Shown here one piece after another: positions 28,793 through 40,237 of a DNA stretch of 64,000 nt. A model generated the notes under the pieces. The model saw nothing but the letters and a program-made list of their open reading frames with translations. It did no database searches and was not told where the DNA came from. The DNA comes from a virus. Location: IMG/VR virus record IMGVR_UViG_3300020183_000007, positions 115,609 to 179,608 of that record, one strand, 5' to 3'. The position numbers were made by a program, and so were the translations under genes. Every line of letters begins with the position of its first letter. Position 1 is the stretch's first letter.

Positions 28793-29946
28793 GTATGCAA
28801 AATTTTAATTATCTTTCATTTACCCCTTATGGTTGCCTTATCAGACATCCTCTATATGATGATGAAATATTTGTTTCTAATTCAAACAATTATCTTACCG
28901 TTAACGGATCTCAAACTGAAATTCCTGAACGTATAGTTAATCCTATTATTAATTATTTTAATTCTCTTTCTAGTAAATCTACTATTCAAGCTGACACCGG
29001 TATACTCCCACCCGGATTAATTCATGTGGATAATCAATATGTTATTTTTGAACGTCCACCGACTTATCAAAATATACAGTTAATTCCAGCAACACTAGAA
29101 CACATTGACGAAAAATCCTATAAAAAGTATATATTTAGACTTCCAATTCCCTGGACCGTATATTTCGTTTCATATTCCATTTACAATGGTGCCTATTACC
29201 CGTATCGTATAGCCATGTACTTCATGGCTAATTCTTTACAAGGATCAGCTTTAGATTCTCATCGGTTATATTTGCCACCTTTAGTTAATTTTTATAACAA
29301 TTCTACTTTATGTAATCCTATGTTTGATAGCATGGATGAAGTAACTCGTTATGAAAATAATGTTTCTGGCGTTATCAACGCTGCTTATAATTGGATTTGG
29401 AACACTGGATCAAACCTTGATTTGACCACCAATATTGTTGAGTGTATTATTCAAGGTAATCAAAATTCTTATTTTCCATCTTCTCATCCCTTTCATATTA
29501 ATAATATTGGTTTGTCAAATTACGCTATTTCTTCACATTCTTATTATATTGAATTCCCTTATATAGCTCGTGCTTTTCAAAATTGGGAAAAAATATCTAT
29601 AGATCAAATATCTTCAATTTCCTGGCCTAATCCTTGCACTTGTGAGCAGGTTCACCATCACATACATAATATAGGTACTTCAATGCTTCTTGATTATTTT
29701 CGAGATCATGATATAGATCCTCTTTCGGTTGCTCTTTCCCCAGAAGAGTCTGAAGAAACTGGTAATCTGTATCATTATAATGAGTTCGCTTATTATAATT
29801 ATCTTCGCAAATTACAATCTCCTCCACTTTATTTTAATCAAGCAGCTGAAACATTTGCATCCAATACTCAAGTCACTTTTCAGGATGCTCTTTCTCTTGA
29901 CAAAATCATTTCAAATGTTTTTTTAACTCTTTCTTCTCTTCTATGA
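28789..29946 (+). CDS. third Prok-E2-like domain protein
   Basis: TGILPPG...FERPP...LPIPWTVYFV...LYLPPLVNFYNNSTLC. Confidence 0.5.
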   Translation: MSMQNFNYLSFTPYGCLIRHPLYDDEIFVSNSNNYLTVNGSQTEIPERIVNPIINYFNSLSSKSTIQADTGILPPGLIHVDNQYVIFERPPTYQNIQLIPATLEHIDEKSYKKYIFRLPIPWTVYFVSYSIYNGAYYPYRIAMYFMANSLQGSALDSHRLYLPPLVNFYNNSTLCNPMFDSMDEVTRYENNVSGVINAAYNWIWNTGSNLDLTTNIVECIIQGNQNSYFPSSHPFHINNIGLSNYAISSHSYYIEFPYIARAFQNWEKISIDQISSISWPNPCTCEQVHHHIHNIGTSMLLDYFRDHDIDPLSVALSPEESEETGNLYHYNEFAYYNYLRKLQSPPLYFNQAAETFASNTQVTFQDALSLDKIISNVFLTLSSLL

Positions 29947-30010
29947 CTTGAATTATTCCTTATTTTTTGCTACTATATATTTGTATAAACATAAATAAAG
30001 GTAGAAAAAA

Positions 30011-30307
30011 TTGACTAAAATAAATACTTCAGAACCAATTTTTACGAGATCTGATGTTGCTCAAATTCTTAATGTTACAACTCTTACTGTTTCCAATAGA
30101 GAAAGAAGCAAAAAGTATCCTCTTCCTCGTAGAGATTTAAATAATTATAGAATATACACTTTAAATGATGTGTTTAATCTTCAACTAATTACATACAACC
30201 ACATCGACCCTAAGCCCATTATATCTATACTGTATGATAAGGGCTATAGTGACATAAAAGTGCTCGGTCAAATGATTGACACTGCCCTCTCGAAAAGAGT
30301 CAAATAA
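30011..30307 (+). CDS. MerR-type HTH DNA-binding protein
   Basis: FTRSDVAQILNVTTLTVSNRER...PRRDLNNYRIYTLNDV. Confidence 0.75.
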   Translation: MTKINTSEPIFTRSDVAQILNVTTLTVSNRERSKKYPLPRRDLNNYRIYTLNDVFNLQLITYNHIDPKPIISILYDKGYSDIKVLGQMIDTALSKRVK

Positions 30308-30543
30308 TGCAAGAAAATGATAATTCTAATTATTCACTCATAGATGAAAAGTCTGATTATGTCCCTACTGATATAATTATGGATCTAAAGTCTGGTATTT
30401 ACAATTTATTTGTGTCTATGGTTAATCATAATATTATGAACCATGGTCCAGAAAAAGCTGTACCAATATCAGTTAATTATCTCAAAGCAATTATACATCA
30501 CTTTGAGGAAGCTATACAAACCAATGAACAGGAGCAATTATGA
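30307..30543 (+). CDS. hypothetical protein
   Basis: Overlapping ORF between the MerR-like and SSB genes. Confidence 0.5.
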   Translation: MQENDNSNYSLIDEKSDYVPTDIIMDLKSGIYNLFVSMVNHNIMNHGPEKAVPISVNYLKAIIHHFEEAIQTNEQEQL

Positions 30544-30965
30544 TAGACCCCAATAACCTTATTAACATTACTGGAGGACTGGTCGCTGACCCAGAACTCG
30601 TTAACGGAAAAATACTTAAGATCAGAATAGGAGTTGATTATTCAGGTTCTGATAAGGATACTGAAAACAATTCAGGTTATTTTGACGTAGTTTATTATCT
30701 CAAAGATGCTTCTGGATTTGTTAGCAAAAATGCCAATTTTGTTGCTAGCCAACTTGATCAAGCAAAGCTAAAAAAGGGTTCTACAATTTCTATTGTAGGA
30801 CGTCTTGTGCAAGAACGTTGGAAGCAAGACGATCAATCTCGTTCAAGAATAGTTATAGTTGCTGAACATCTTACTTACTCTGGCAGAGCCCCCAAGACCT
30901 CTTCAGATGCAGCACCCAAAGCTTCAGCTCCTCAAAGTAGTACGTCAGTTCCCTCGAGCTTCTAA
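30540..30965 (+). CDS. ssb: single-stranded DNA-binding protein
   Basis: NLINITGGLVADPE...LKKGSTISIVGRLVQERWKQDDQSRSRIVIVAE; C-terminal ...SF. Confidence 0.85.
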   Translation: MIDPNNLINITGGLVADPELVNGKILKIRIGVDYSGSDKDTENNSGYFDVVYYLKDASGFVSKNANFVASQLDQAKLKKGSTISIVGRLVQERWKQDDQSRSRIVIVAEHLTYSGRAPKTSSDAAPKASAPQSSTSVPSSF

Positions 30966-31699
30966 TGGAAGATTTCGATGAGCTAGATCTTCAAAAGCTT
31001 ATCGAAAGTGCATTAGCCCAAAATCCAAATCAACATCCATTTGGGGGCTCGGAAACGTATCTCGGACTTGCTGAAACAGATATTTTATCTACGATTTATT
31101 CTCGTTTAGAAAATAAATTGACAATATCTGAAATAACTCAATTATTTCATAATATTCGTGTAGATATTTTGTCTAGAAAAATTTCTACAAATATTAGAGA
31201 TCTTCATACAGTTACTAAAAATTGTAGAAGATGCAATATTGATTCTGCCCCTGAGCTTCCAAAATGGAATGTTGAAAATCCAGATGTCGCTATAGTTATA
31301 GATTCTCCATCTATTTCTTCTGAAGCAGTTACTTTAATGATTAATGCCTTCAAAGATTCTGGATTTTCTTCAAATCAATTATGTTTAACATATGTCAACA
31401 GATGTCCTCTCAAAAGAAAGTATGATGAACAAGAAATTATTAATTGTTCTCCATATCTTCATTTAGAACTTCAACTGTTAAATCCTAAGTTGATTTTGTG
31501 TCTTGGTGCTACGCCCGCTTCTATTCTTTTTGGTTCTCCAATAAAAATCAAAGAGTTAAGAGGAAAAATTAACTGGTTAGGTTACTGGCCAATACTTGTA
31601 ACGTATTCTCCAATGTATATACTAAAGTCTGGTGGGACTACACCGGAACATTTTTCTATTGACATAAAACAAGCTTATGATTTTATTCATAAGCGGTAA
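30965..31699 (+). CDS. uracil-DNA glycosylase family 4-like protein
   Basis: CRRC...VNRCP...CSPYLHLELQLLNPKLILCLGATPA...LRG...TYSP. Confidence 0.8.
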   Translation: MEDFDELDLQKLIESALAQNPNQHPFGGSETYLGLAETDILSTIYSRLENKLTISEITQLFHNIRVDILSRKISTNIRDLHTVTKNCRRCNIDSAPELPKWNVENPDVAIVIDSPSISSEAVTLMINAFKDSGFSSNQLCLTYVNRCPLKRKYDEQEIINCSPYLHLELQLLNPKLILCLGATPASILFGSPIKIKELRGKINWLGYWPILVTYSPMYILKSGGTTPEHFSIDIKQAYDFIHKR

Positions 31700-31707
31700 G
31701 GCAAACA

Positions 31708-32551
31708 ATGACTGACATATGGAGTACCTCACCGATATCTGAATTGACCGATGATGATCTTAAATCTTTTCAAGAAATAGTTTTGCGTCATGTCAAAAAC
31801 AAACCTTGTACTTCTGAAGAAAAAACTATACTTTTCAATAATCTTGATTTATGGCTTTTTTGTCTTCGCAATCTTCGTAAAGAATTAGAACTTCAGCTAA
31901 CTCAATTCAAAGTTAATACTAAAGCTGAAATTAAAATTATGCGAAATAATTATGCTTCTCAAGATCAAATTGAAGAATATATTATTGAAGAAAGTCAATG
32001 GAGAAATAATGCTATAAAGTTTCTTACAGCTATTGAGCGTAAAACTTTATATGTAAAACTTATGATTTCTTCAGAGTAAAATAATGATAGATCCTTTAAT
32101 AAAGACACTACATACAGTTCATCTCGTTGAATCTGATATAGATGAAGAGGATTCTCATGCACATCTTCAGTATAATTATTTAAACAATTATTTGTATTAT
32201 AAATATAGTGCTCCAGATGTATATACTTTTGATGAAATTGATAAAATGTCTTCTGAATTTTGTTTATTTTTTGGCAAAGTTAAAGACAAAAATAACCAAT
32301 ACATTCATTCTCCTATACCTCTTTTTACCTTTCGTTATCTGATGTTGGAAGATGGATCTTATTCTTCATACTATGCTGTTAAGAAAAAAGAGGGTTATGT
32401 TGTTGAAGGTTTTTCTTGGTCAAATGGTTTAACATATCAAGTTCGTCAAGATGTTAAAACTATTAATGGTGAATATGTTACTCCTTTTGAAATATATCAA
32501 AGAATTTTGTATGTTGATCATATAACTAAAACTCTTCACAACTACCCTTAG
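31708..32551 (+). CDS. two hypothetical proteins (31708-32079, 32084-32551)
   Basis: Consecutive ORFs. Confidence 0.55.
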
Positions 32552-32559
32552 GATTTTTC

Positions 32560-32856
32560 ATGGCTATTTATACACAACAATCTAAAGACAGTTCTTTTAT
32601 AAAATCAGTTGCCTGGAATTCTAAATCCATGATTTTAATTGTAAATTTTAAAAGTGGTTCTGTTTGGGCTTATTACAGAGTCCCTAAGAAAGTTTATCAA
32701 TCTTTAATATCTTCTTCATCTATGGGTAATTATTTTAATATATCTATAAGAGACATTTATTCTTGTGAAAGACTATCTTTTGCATCTGAAAATTCAGGGT
32801 CGGTGAGCATTGGGCAAAAAGCGGAGCAAAAAGAGGAAATTGAATTACAAGAATAA
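32560..32856 (+). CDS. KTSC-domain protein
   Basis: SSFIKSVAW...LIVNFKSGSVWAYYRVP...SMGNYFN. Confidence 0.85.
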   Translation: MAIYTQQSKDSSFIKSVAWNSKSMILIVNFKSGSVWAYYRVPKKVYQSLISSSSMGNYFNISIRDIYSCERLSFASENSGSVSIGQKAEQKEEIELQE

Positions 32857-33017
32857 TTGTTCTATTTCTTTAAATTTCAGTACTTCTCATGAAATTCATG
32901 ATATAGCAGTACTTGTTTTTGGCACAACTCATTATATAAATTATGATTCTTTGACAAAAACTCGCTAGTTTAATGGTATAATATATTTTTACAGCTATAT
33001 TAACCCAGGAGATCAAT

Positions 33018-33771
33018 ATGTCAAAGAAAATTGAAACATCCCAATTTTCTGCTCAAATACCGCCTACTCTTGATAAGTCAAAACAAAAAAAAGTTAAATC
33101 TCTTGTTAAAAAAGAAAAATTAAAACCATTAATAAAAAATGCTCCTGTTTATCATATTGTTTGGAGAGATGCTTTTTCCGAAACTGATGAGTGGCATGAT
33201 TGTTCCTCAATAGAATCAGGAGATTATATTTGTCATACGATTGGATATCTTATTTCTGATAATTCAAAACCTAATTATTATACTATAGCTTCTACTGTTA
33301 CTATAGATGATCATTTTTGTATGGTGATTAATATACCTAAAGCTATGATAATATCAAAGGAAAAAATATCTTTTCCTCGTTAATTAAAGGATCTTTATGG
33401 AGGAAGAACTTATTTGCAAGTCTTGCTCTTCTACCTGGAAAAGAACAAGACTTCGTGGGAGAAAGCCGTTATTATGCCCTGCATGCTCCTCTCTTCAATC
33501 TCATCAGCTGATTGCCAATCAATCTGTTAAATCTTTTATTTCTCAGTCTTCTGTTACATCGTCTGACTTATCTGTGTCCAAAATACACGCTCAACTTCAC
33601 CCTAAACCAGCAAATTATCAAGAGTTACAACAATCTACTAAGAATGGTTCTACTTGGAAATGTCCTGGTTGTGGTTATGTTCTTAAAATGTTTATTTCAT
33701 TGATTGCGCCTCCAACGCATCGTTGCACTCCAGATACTGTTACTCTTAAGGTTATGCAAAGAATTGATTAA
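33018..33771 (+). CDS. two hypothetical proteins (33018-33383; Zn-finger 33397-33771)
   Basis: RBS present; second has CxxC...CxxC motifs. Confidence 0.55.
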
Positions 33772-33945
33772 ACAAATTAAAGGACGAACATGCCACAAAA
33801 TTTTTTATCAAAGATTAAATTGTTTTTGAAAAAATTAGTGAGAGCTATCAAAGAATTTCAACAAATTCTTAAACTTTTTGAAATGATAATTTCTTTAATA
33901 TTATTTTATATTACTAAAAAAAAACTTACTTTTTCTTAAATTTAT

Positions 33946-34018
33946 TCCGAGATAGCTCAGTTGGCAGAGCAGCTGACTGTTAATCAGCGGGTCGCAGGTT
34001 CGAGCCCTGCTCTCGGAG
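33946..34018 (+). tRNA. tRNA-Asn(GUU)
   Basis: TCCGAGA/TCTCGGA acceptor; GCTGA-CT GTT AA-TCAGC anticodon arm. Confidence 0.95.
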
Positions 34019-34041
34019 CATTTACTGTAGGAGAAATAATT

Positions 34042-35409
34042 ATGGGTATGGATGTTTATGGTAAGAAACCTAAGAAAAAACAGGGAGAATATTTTCGTAA
34101 TAATGTTTGGTATTGGCACCCTTTATGGGATTACTGCTGTTTTGTAGACGATTCTCTTATAGAAAAAGTTCCATATGCTCACAGTAATAGTGGCGATGGT
34201 TTGGGTGCAGTACAATCTCGTAAATTGGGTTTTAAGTTATTACAAACAATTAGAGATGGTTCGGCAGAACTATATGTAAAAAATTATTATGATCATGTGC
34301 AATCTTTGGAAAAAGAGCCTTGCTTTTGCACTAAAATTCAATATATTTCTACCGATCTTCATGATCCAAATGAATCTAATCCTCCTAATAAAGACTGTAA
34401 AATTTGCCAGGGATCTGGATTAGTAGATAATTTTCTTAATCATTATCATATAACAGTAGATAACATAAAACTATTTGCAGAATTTCTTCTTGATTGCGGA
34501 GGATTCTCAATATGTTGAATCCGCCAATATGTCCGCGTTGTCTAGGTTATATTCCAAGTAATGCTTTTGCCGGTGAATATCCAGGAGCTATATCTCGCAT
34601 AGATAATAAAACTGAGATATGTTCAGACTGCGGTACAGAAGAATCAATATTAGCTTTAATTGAACGCAAACAATGGCCTATTATTATTTACGAACATCCT
34701 GCGACAATTGATGCTAAAGAACGAGTTAAAACAAGACTCATGATGGAGGTCAATGCTTGTGGCTAAAAACGCTGATAAATTTTATTTATTTGTATTTTTG
34801 ACATCCATAGCTTTGTTATTGTCTATAATTGGTGTCCGTATAACTACTGCAATTAGGGAGTATTAATGGACTATTTAGCCATGAAACAAGCAATCATAAA
34901 CGCGTTGACACATAAGGTTTCTGTCTTAGAAAAGAATAATGAACACTATTTTGTTCAAATAGAAGATTCTAATTTGATTATGAATGCCCTAGCAAGTGCT
35001 CTCCAGTTAGCGCTTGATTCTTACGAAAATGGTCATCTTTTAACTGATGACGATATTGCCTATTCTCGCGAGGTACTTAAGATATATTCACGATATCATA
35101 ATGATCTTCCTACAGTAGATAAAGTTACCGATCTTCATAATCAAATAGTTAAATTAGTTAGCAGATACAATGACTGATGACATCATAGCTCGACTGCGAG
35201 ATGCTGCCTGCATTAGTTGCTACGAGTGCACTTGTGGTTATTGTGAGATTCTAGCCGAAGCTGTTGACGAAATTAAGCGACTACGAACCGACCTTGACAA
35301 GTGGAAGTGTATTTCTGATAACTTATACGATTGGACAACAGATGTCCTCCGTTTATACATTAACGCACCATCAATCAAAGCATACCGACGAGAAGTGCAT
35401 GATAACTAA
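34042..35409 (+). CDS. four small hypothetical phage proteins (34042-34518, ~34512-34766, 34866-35177, 35170-35409)
   Basis: RBS or overlapping starts; several CxxC motifs. Confidence 0.5.
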
Positions 35410-36241
35410 CCTAATCAAATTCCATATGTTTATATTAATTTTTTTTATTAGTTTATTTTTCTATTTTTTTTTCACATCAAACGTTTTGGCTTATAATTTT
35501 ACTTTAAATAATTCTCAAAAAGTATGTGTTACTTCTGGATCAAATACACCACCTTCTCAAGGAACTCTTTATTGGGTTAATTATTCTAATCCTCCTGCAA
35601 ATCCAGCTTACACATATATTTCTTTAGATTCTTGGGATTCTTTATCAATTGATCAAAAGTTTTATATCAAACCTTCTTGGACTTTTATTTTTTCTGGAAA
35701 TTGTAGTTCTTTAAATGTTACTTATGTATTTTCGGATAACAGTCCTTCTACTACTATTTTTCAATCTATCCCTTCTACTACTGTCATTCCCTTTATTCCT
35801 TCTACTACTATTTTTCAATCTATTCCTCCTTTTACTACCATCCCTAATCTTACTCCTACTACAGAAATTTTGTTGCCTCCAGTTTCTAGTGTAGAACCTT
35901 CTATTCCAACTACTGATACAATTGTTGACAACGAAAAACAAAAGTCTGTCCCTGTTGCCAATACTTTACCTAATTATAATAAAGTTACTACTACCATTTT
36001 TGAATCTACAACTACATTAGCTTATCATTCTGATACGACTCTTACTGATCAAAAAGATCAATCAAAAATTTTACCTCTTGATGATCAACCTAGTCAATAT
36101 GATCCAAAATATGTTGCTCTATACGCACTTATAGCTTTTCTTGTATTTCTTTTACTTAATAATTTTATTAAATATACCCAAATTTATAAGTATGGCCATG
36201 AAACTTGGCCTCAAAGAATATGGAGGGTTTTTTTCAAGTGA
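35399..36241 (+). CDS. membrane protein with Ser/Thr/Pro-rich 9-aa repeats
   Basis: N- and C-terminal TM helices; [27 protein letters not shown] repeats (26-nt direct repeat at 35744 and 35798). Confidence 0.6.
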   Translation: MITNLIKFHMFILIFFISLFFYFFFTSNVLAYNFTLNNSQKVCVTSGSNTPPSQGTLYWVNYSNPPANPAYTYISLDSWDSLSIDQKFYIKPSWTFIFSGNCSSLNVTYVFSDNSPSTTIFQSIPSTTVIPFIPSTTIFQSIPPFTTIPNLTPTTEILLPPVSSVEPSIPTTDTIVDNEKQKSVPVANTLPNYNKVTTTIFESTTTLAYHSDTTLTDQKDQSKILPLDDQPSQYDPKYVALYALIAFLVFLLLNNFIKYTQIYKYGHETWPQRIWRVFFK

Positions 36242-37398
36242 AAAAAATTTATAAGATACCTTTATTATTTATAGTAATTTTTTTGTTCGTTTCAATATCT
36301 TATGTTAAAGCTTCTAATACAAATTCAACGCCAACTTCTGTTTTTATACCTATTGCTCCAACAAGAATATTAGACACTCGTTCTTCTTACAAAGTTGGTT
36401 CTCTTGACGGTTCTTCTAGTCCATATATTCTTCAGGTTTCTGGATCAATATCTATTCCTCAATCTAATGTTCAAACTATCGTTCCGTTAAATAGTTATGC
36501 AGTTTCCTTAAATTTAACGGCTACTCAAACTCAAGCTAATAATTTTGGTGGATACATTACAGTATATCCTTGCGGCGAAAGACCCGATGTTTCTAATATA
36601 AATTTTATTAACGATCAAACAATAGCCAACTCTGTTTCGGTCCCACTATCTGAATCTGGGAGTATTTGCATATATGTTTATGGAAGATCTCACATACTTA
36701 TAGACATTGCTGGATATTATCAAGTTATATCTTTTACTGGAGGTCAACTTGTTAGGGGTCCAGCGGGTCCATCAGGTCCACAAGGTCCAGCAGGTGCTAC
36801 GGGAGCTACTGGTGCAACTGGTGCAACTGGTCCTACTGGCCCAACAGGGGCTACAGGTGCAACCGGACCGACTGGCCCGACAGGAGCAACGGGAGCAACA
36901 GGGGCGCAAGGACTTCAGGGCCCAACTGGACCACAAGGTTTACAGGGTTTACCCGGCCCTCAAGGTCCCGCTGGAAATAGTTATACAGTAATGCCTATTT
37001 TAGCTCAAACGTACAGTAATTCTTATTATGACATATTAACTTTTAATGCTTCCTCCGATCAAATAATTCTTGGAGTTAAGTGTCAAAAAGATCTTGGTAG
37101 TGATATCGTAAGACATTATGTCAGAACATCTACACCAACTAATTCAATTATACAAGGCTATTATTTATCCAATCGATTTACATATAACAATTCTTCTGCA
37201 TCGGGCTCTGTTCTCCACGGTATAAACGCTTTTCCTGGTTCAAATAAAGAAATAGCTATTTGGAACGGTGGAGAGACATCTTACGATGGTCACTATGAAA
37301 TTCATATTATGACTCAAACTAATTTTATAGAAATACAATTATTTGTTCAAATTACTTCAAATAATTGTAAATATTCTGTTGCTTATACAGTTTCTTAA
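36238..37398 (+). CDS. exported protein: actinobacterial surface-type domain plus collagen-like (Gly-X-Y) segment
   Basis: Signal peptide; PTRILDTR...SLNLTAT...[16 protein letters not shown]...IANSV...HILIDIAGY; ~24 GXY triplets. Confidence 0.7.
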   Translation: MKKIYKIPLLFIVIFLFVSISYVKASNTNSTPTSVFIPIAPTRILDTRSSYKVGSLDGSSSPYILQVSGSISIPQSNVQTIVPLNSYAVSLNLTATQTQANNFGGYITVYPCGERPDVSNINFINDQTIANSVSVPLSESGSICIYVYGRSHILIDIAGYYQVISFTGGQLVRGPAGPSGPQGPAGATGATGATGATGPTGPTGATGATGPTGPTGATGATGAQGLQGPTGPQGLQGLPGPQGPAGNSYTVMPILAQTYSNSYYDILTFNASSDQIILGVKCQKDLGSDIVRHYVRTSTPTNSIIQGYYLSNRFTYNNSSASGSVLHGINAFPGSNKEIAIWNGGETSYDGHYEIHIMTQTNFIEIQLFVQITSNNCKYSVAYTVS

Positions 37399-37441
37399 TG
37401 TTAATTAATTATACTAAACTTATAAATTTATAGTCCATACA

Positions 37442-39346
37442 ATGATTGAGGATGTTACCATGACCAACAGAGACACTTATGATATTGAGCAATATCAAAA
37501 AGAGCAAGCTCTTACAGGAACCAATATACAAATTGCCACGCTAGTCCAGGCAATGATGGAAGCTGAGCCATGTCTTTTCTATAATAAAGAAGAAAACCTT
37601 ATGGCAAATCGCCTTGCCGAAACCCGCGGTGTCGGAGAACAGATAGACATAACCCAGCAATATAACAATCTTTATGCATTTCGTGGAGCTCACCCTGAGT
37701 ATCCATCTACACAGAAGTGAGAAAAATTTAATGAAATCTAGAAAGACACTTTTTATTACAACGCTTCTTGCCGCCGCAGTCAGCCTTGGAGTCAGTGTCG
37801 GTTTGTATTTTTCAAACAACGCATCAGAAACCGACAGACTCAACGGCATTTTTGTCGGCGTATGGGTCCCGTCTATTCTTGCTCTCGGTAGCTTTGTTAT
37901 CAACGCATCTTCGTCAGAAGGCAAGAAGTAAATGTCGCAAGTTTCGTTGTTTATTTTTGGCTCGATAATCTTCTTTATCGCCGTATACGGAGCATTTGTT
38001 TACTTGGTTCAACAAGCCAAGGAATGGGGCCAACGGGACTCCTACGAAAATTCTCAAAGTTCTTTCTATTATGCTGATTCTAAAGGAACTATTTCTAAAT
38101 CTACCCATAATGAGCCGTTGAAGCATTACTGATCAATACAAATCTAAATAAATTTTTTCTAGGAGAAATAATGTTTCGTGAACCTATTGAAGAACCAGAG
38201 TATATTGCTCCCACAAAGGATAAGTTTGACGAGCATGATTTGCTAGACGATGTTTCTCGTAAGTGGGGTCCGTATGGCGCTCATGCTGATTTAGTTAAAT
38301 TTATGATTAGCGAAATTTATTTTCTTAGAGAAAAAATTAAAGACCTAGAATCTGAAAAAGAATCTTGGCAAAGATTGTATGCATCAAAATGAAAAATAAT
38401 AATAAAAATAGGAGATATTTATGAGCTTTTTTGCCGGATTCTTTTTCGGTACAACTATAGTACTTGTTAATATTTTTCTTATTAAGTACTTTTTAAACAA
38501 AGATATTTTTACATCTGGTAAAAAATGAAAGTATACAAAGATCCTGCAGAAGAAGCCGCTGCTAAAGCAAATGAACAAATAAAACAAGAACGAATTGCTT
38601 ATCACTACACAATGGCTCCCCTTCAAGATATCAATGATACTCTTAAAGATATCAAATTGTTGTTAAACGATATTCTGGTACTTTTAAAAAAACGAGTTTA
38701 ATTTATTATTACAACTATAAAACAACATAATTCATTAAGGAGAAAATAATGGCTATGCGCCCAAGCGTTGAGACTCAGATAGAAACAAACCCACGCAAGT
38801 TTGCCATAACTGAGCCAACTAAATTACTCACCCGTATTAACGGTGAGCCACCCATTGGTAGCGGCAAAGGTCGCCGTCGTAATCCAATAATTACAAACAT
38901 TTACAATGAGTTGATAACTAATCGTAATGTTTGGTTCCATGTTAATATACCAATTACCTCAAAGCAGCAGCTTGCTTCAATACGTATGTCGCTTTATTTT
39001 CGTGCTAAGAAAGATAATTTGACTTTGTCAACATCTTCTCTTTACAATGAAAAGATTAAGATGTTTGATCTGTGGGTTCTTTTGGCCTAATTCATTACTA
39101 TTTTCTTTGAATTTCTAAATTCAGGGAAGATAAATGACTAAATATTTAGTTAGCGTTACAAGGACACTCGCTATAGAAGCTCAAACACTTAAAGAGGCTA
39201 CAACGATGTCCTTGTACGCTACCTATTATCCAGAATATCTTAATGGTATTGAAAATTTATACTGTGACGTAAAGGTATTGTCAAATGAAAATCAATCCAT
39301 TTCAAACTTTTCAAATTGGCCAGAGAATAAAAGCAATACAGATTAA
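37442..39346 (+). CDS. cluster of small hypothetical, partly membrane, proteins (37442-37720, 37731-37931, 37932-38132, 38171-38392, 38749-39090, 39134-39346)
   Basis: RBS-led short ORFs; 37731 has a GIFVGVWVPSIL TM motif. Confidence 0.5.
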
Positions 39347-39506
39347 TGATCCGTACACCAAAATTCAATCTGGAGAACACGGAACAATTAATTTTATTGA
39401 TGATTTTAATACTATACATGTTAATTGGGATTCTGGGTCAACATTGGGAGTTATTCCAGAAATTGATGAATTTGAAATCATAGCTCATCAAACTCAAACA
39501 TTATGA
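39285..39506 (+). CDS. DUF4314-like protein
   Basis: GQRIKAIQINDPY..IQSGEHGTINFIDD..TIHVNWDSGSTLGVIPEID. Confidence 0.75.
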   Translation: MKINPFQTFQIGQRIKAIQINDPYTKIQSGEHGTINFIDDFNTIHVNWDSGSTLGVIPEIDEFEIIAHQTQTL

Positions 39507-39859
39507 TATAATATTATTATCTTTATATAAAGGATTATATTATGATAGCGCAGCAATCACCAACTATATTTAGTATTGTTTTTACTTTTGTTGCTATTCT
39601 TGTTACTTCCGGTGTTGTAATAAAAGTATTATCCCTTTTCTTTAGAGAGGATATTGATGATGATTGATCTTATTATTGGTATGGGAATTGCTTCTTTTGT
39701 TATATTAATTGTCCAATTTGTTAAAATAACATAATATATTTTTAAAAAATAGACCTTAGATCGGGGCCCCACGATATATACTAATTAATATGGTGATATT
39801 CACTTTTTTGGTACACTAAGTTACTATAAATGACAGTTTACTGTTTTTAAAGGACTTTT

Positions 39860-40186
39860 ATGCCCGGTTTTGGACAAAGCTACCTATCGAGAGCTGGTAT
39901 GAGAATGGTGGCTGCATTCCAGGACACGTTGTCCCCTGGGGGCCAAGGCGGGAGAGCCATTCATCAGTTTTTGGATCAAACAACCGGACAATCTCGGAAA
40001 ATGCCAAGAAGCTCTATAAGCCCCAATACTATGATGACAAGGACTCCACGTGGTCGCGGAGGCATGTTCGGCTCTACAACCACTTATGATAACCCTAACT
40101 TCCTAAAGACAGACATAAATAGGGGCCTTTTTGGAATGGGTGGTCGCAGCAGTTCTCTGCAAATTCGCAGACCCCCTATGGACTAA
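39860..40186 (+). CDS. Gly/Arg-rich hypothetical protein
   Basis: AAGGA RBS; last + gene before the strand switch. Confidence 0.55.
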   Translation: MPGFGQSYLSRAGMRMVAAFQDTLSPGGQGGRAIHQFLDQTTGQSRKMPRSSISPNTMMTRTPRGRGGMFGSTTTYDNPNFLKTDINRGLFGMGGRSSSLQIRRPPMD

Positions 40187-40237
40187 ATCTCTATATAGGG
40201 TAAAATTAGAAAAAAATTTTGAGGCCTATTTTCATTT

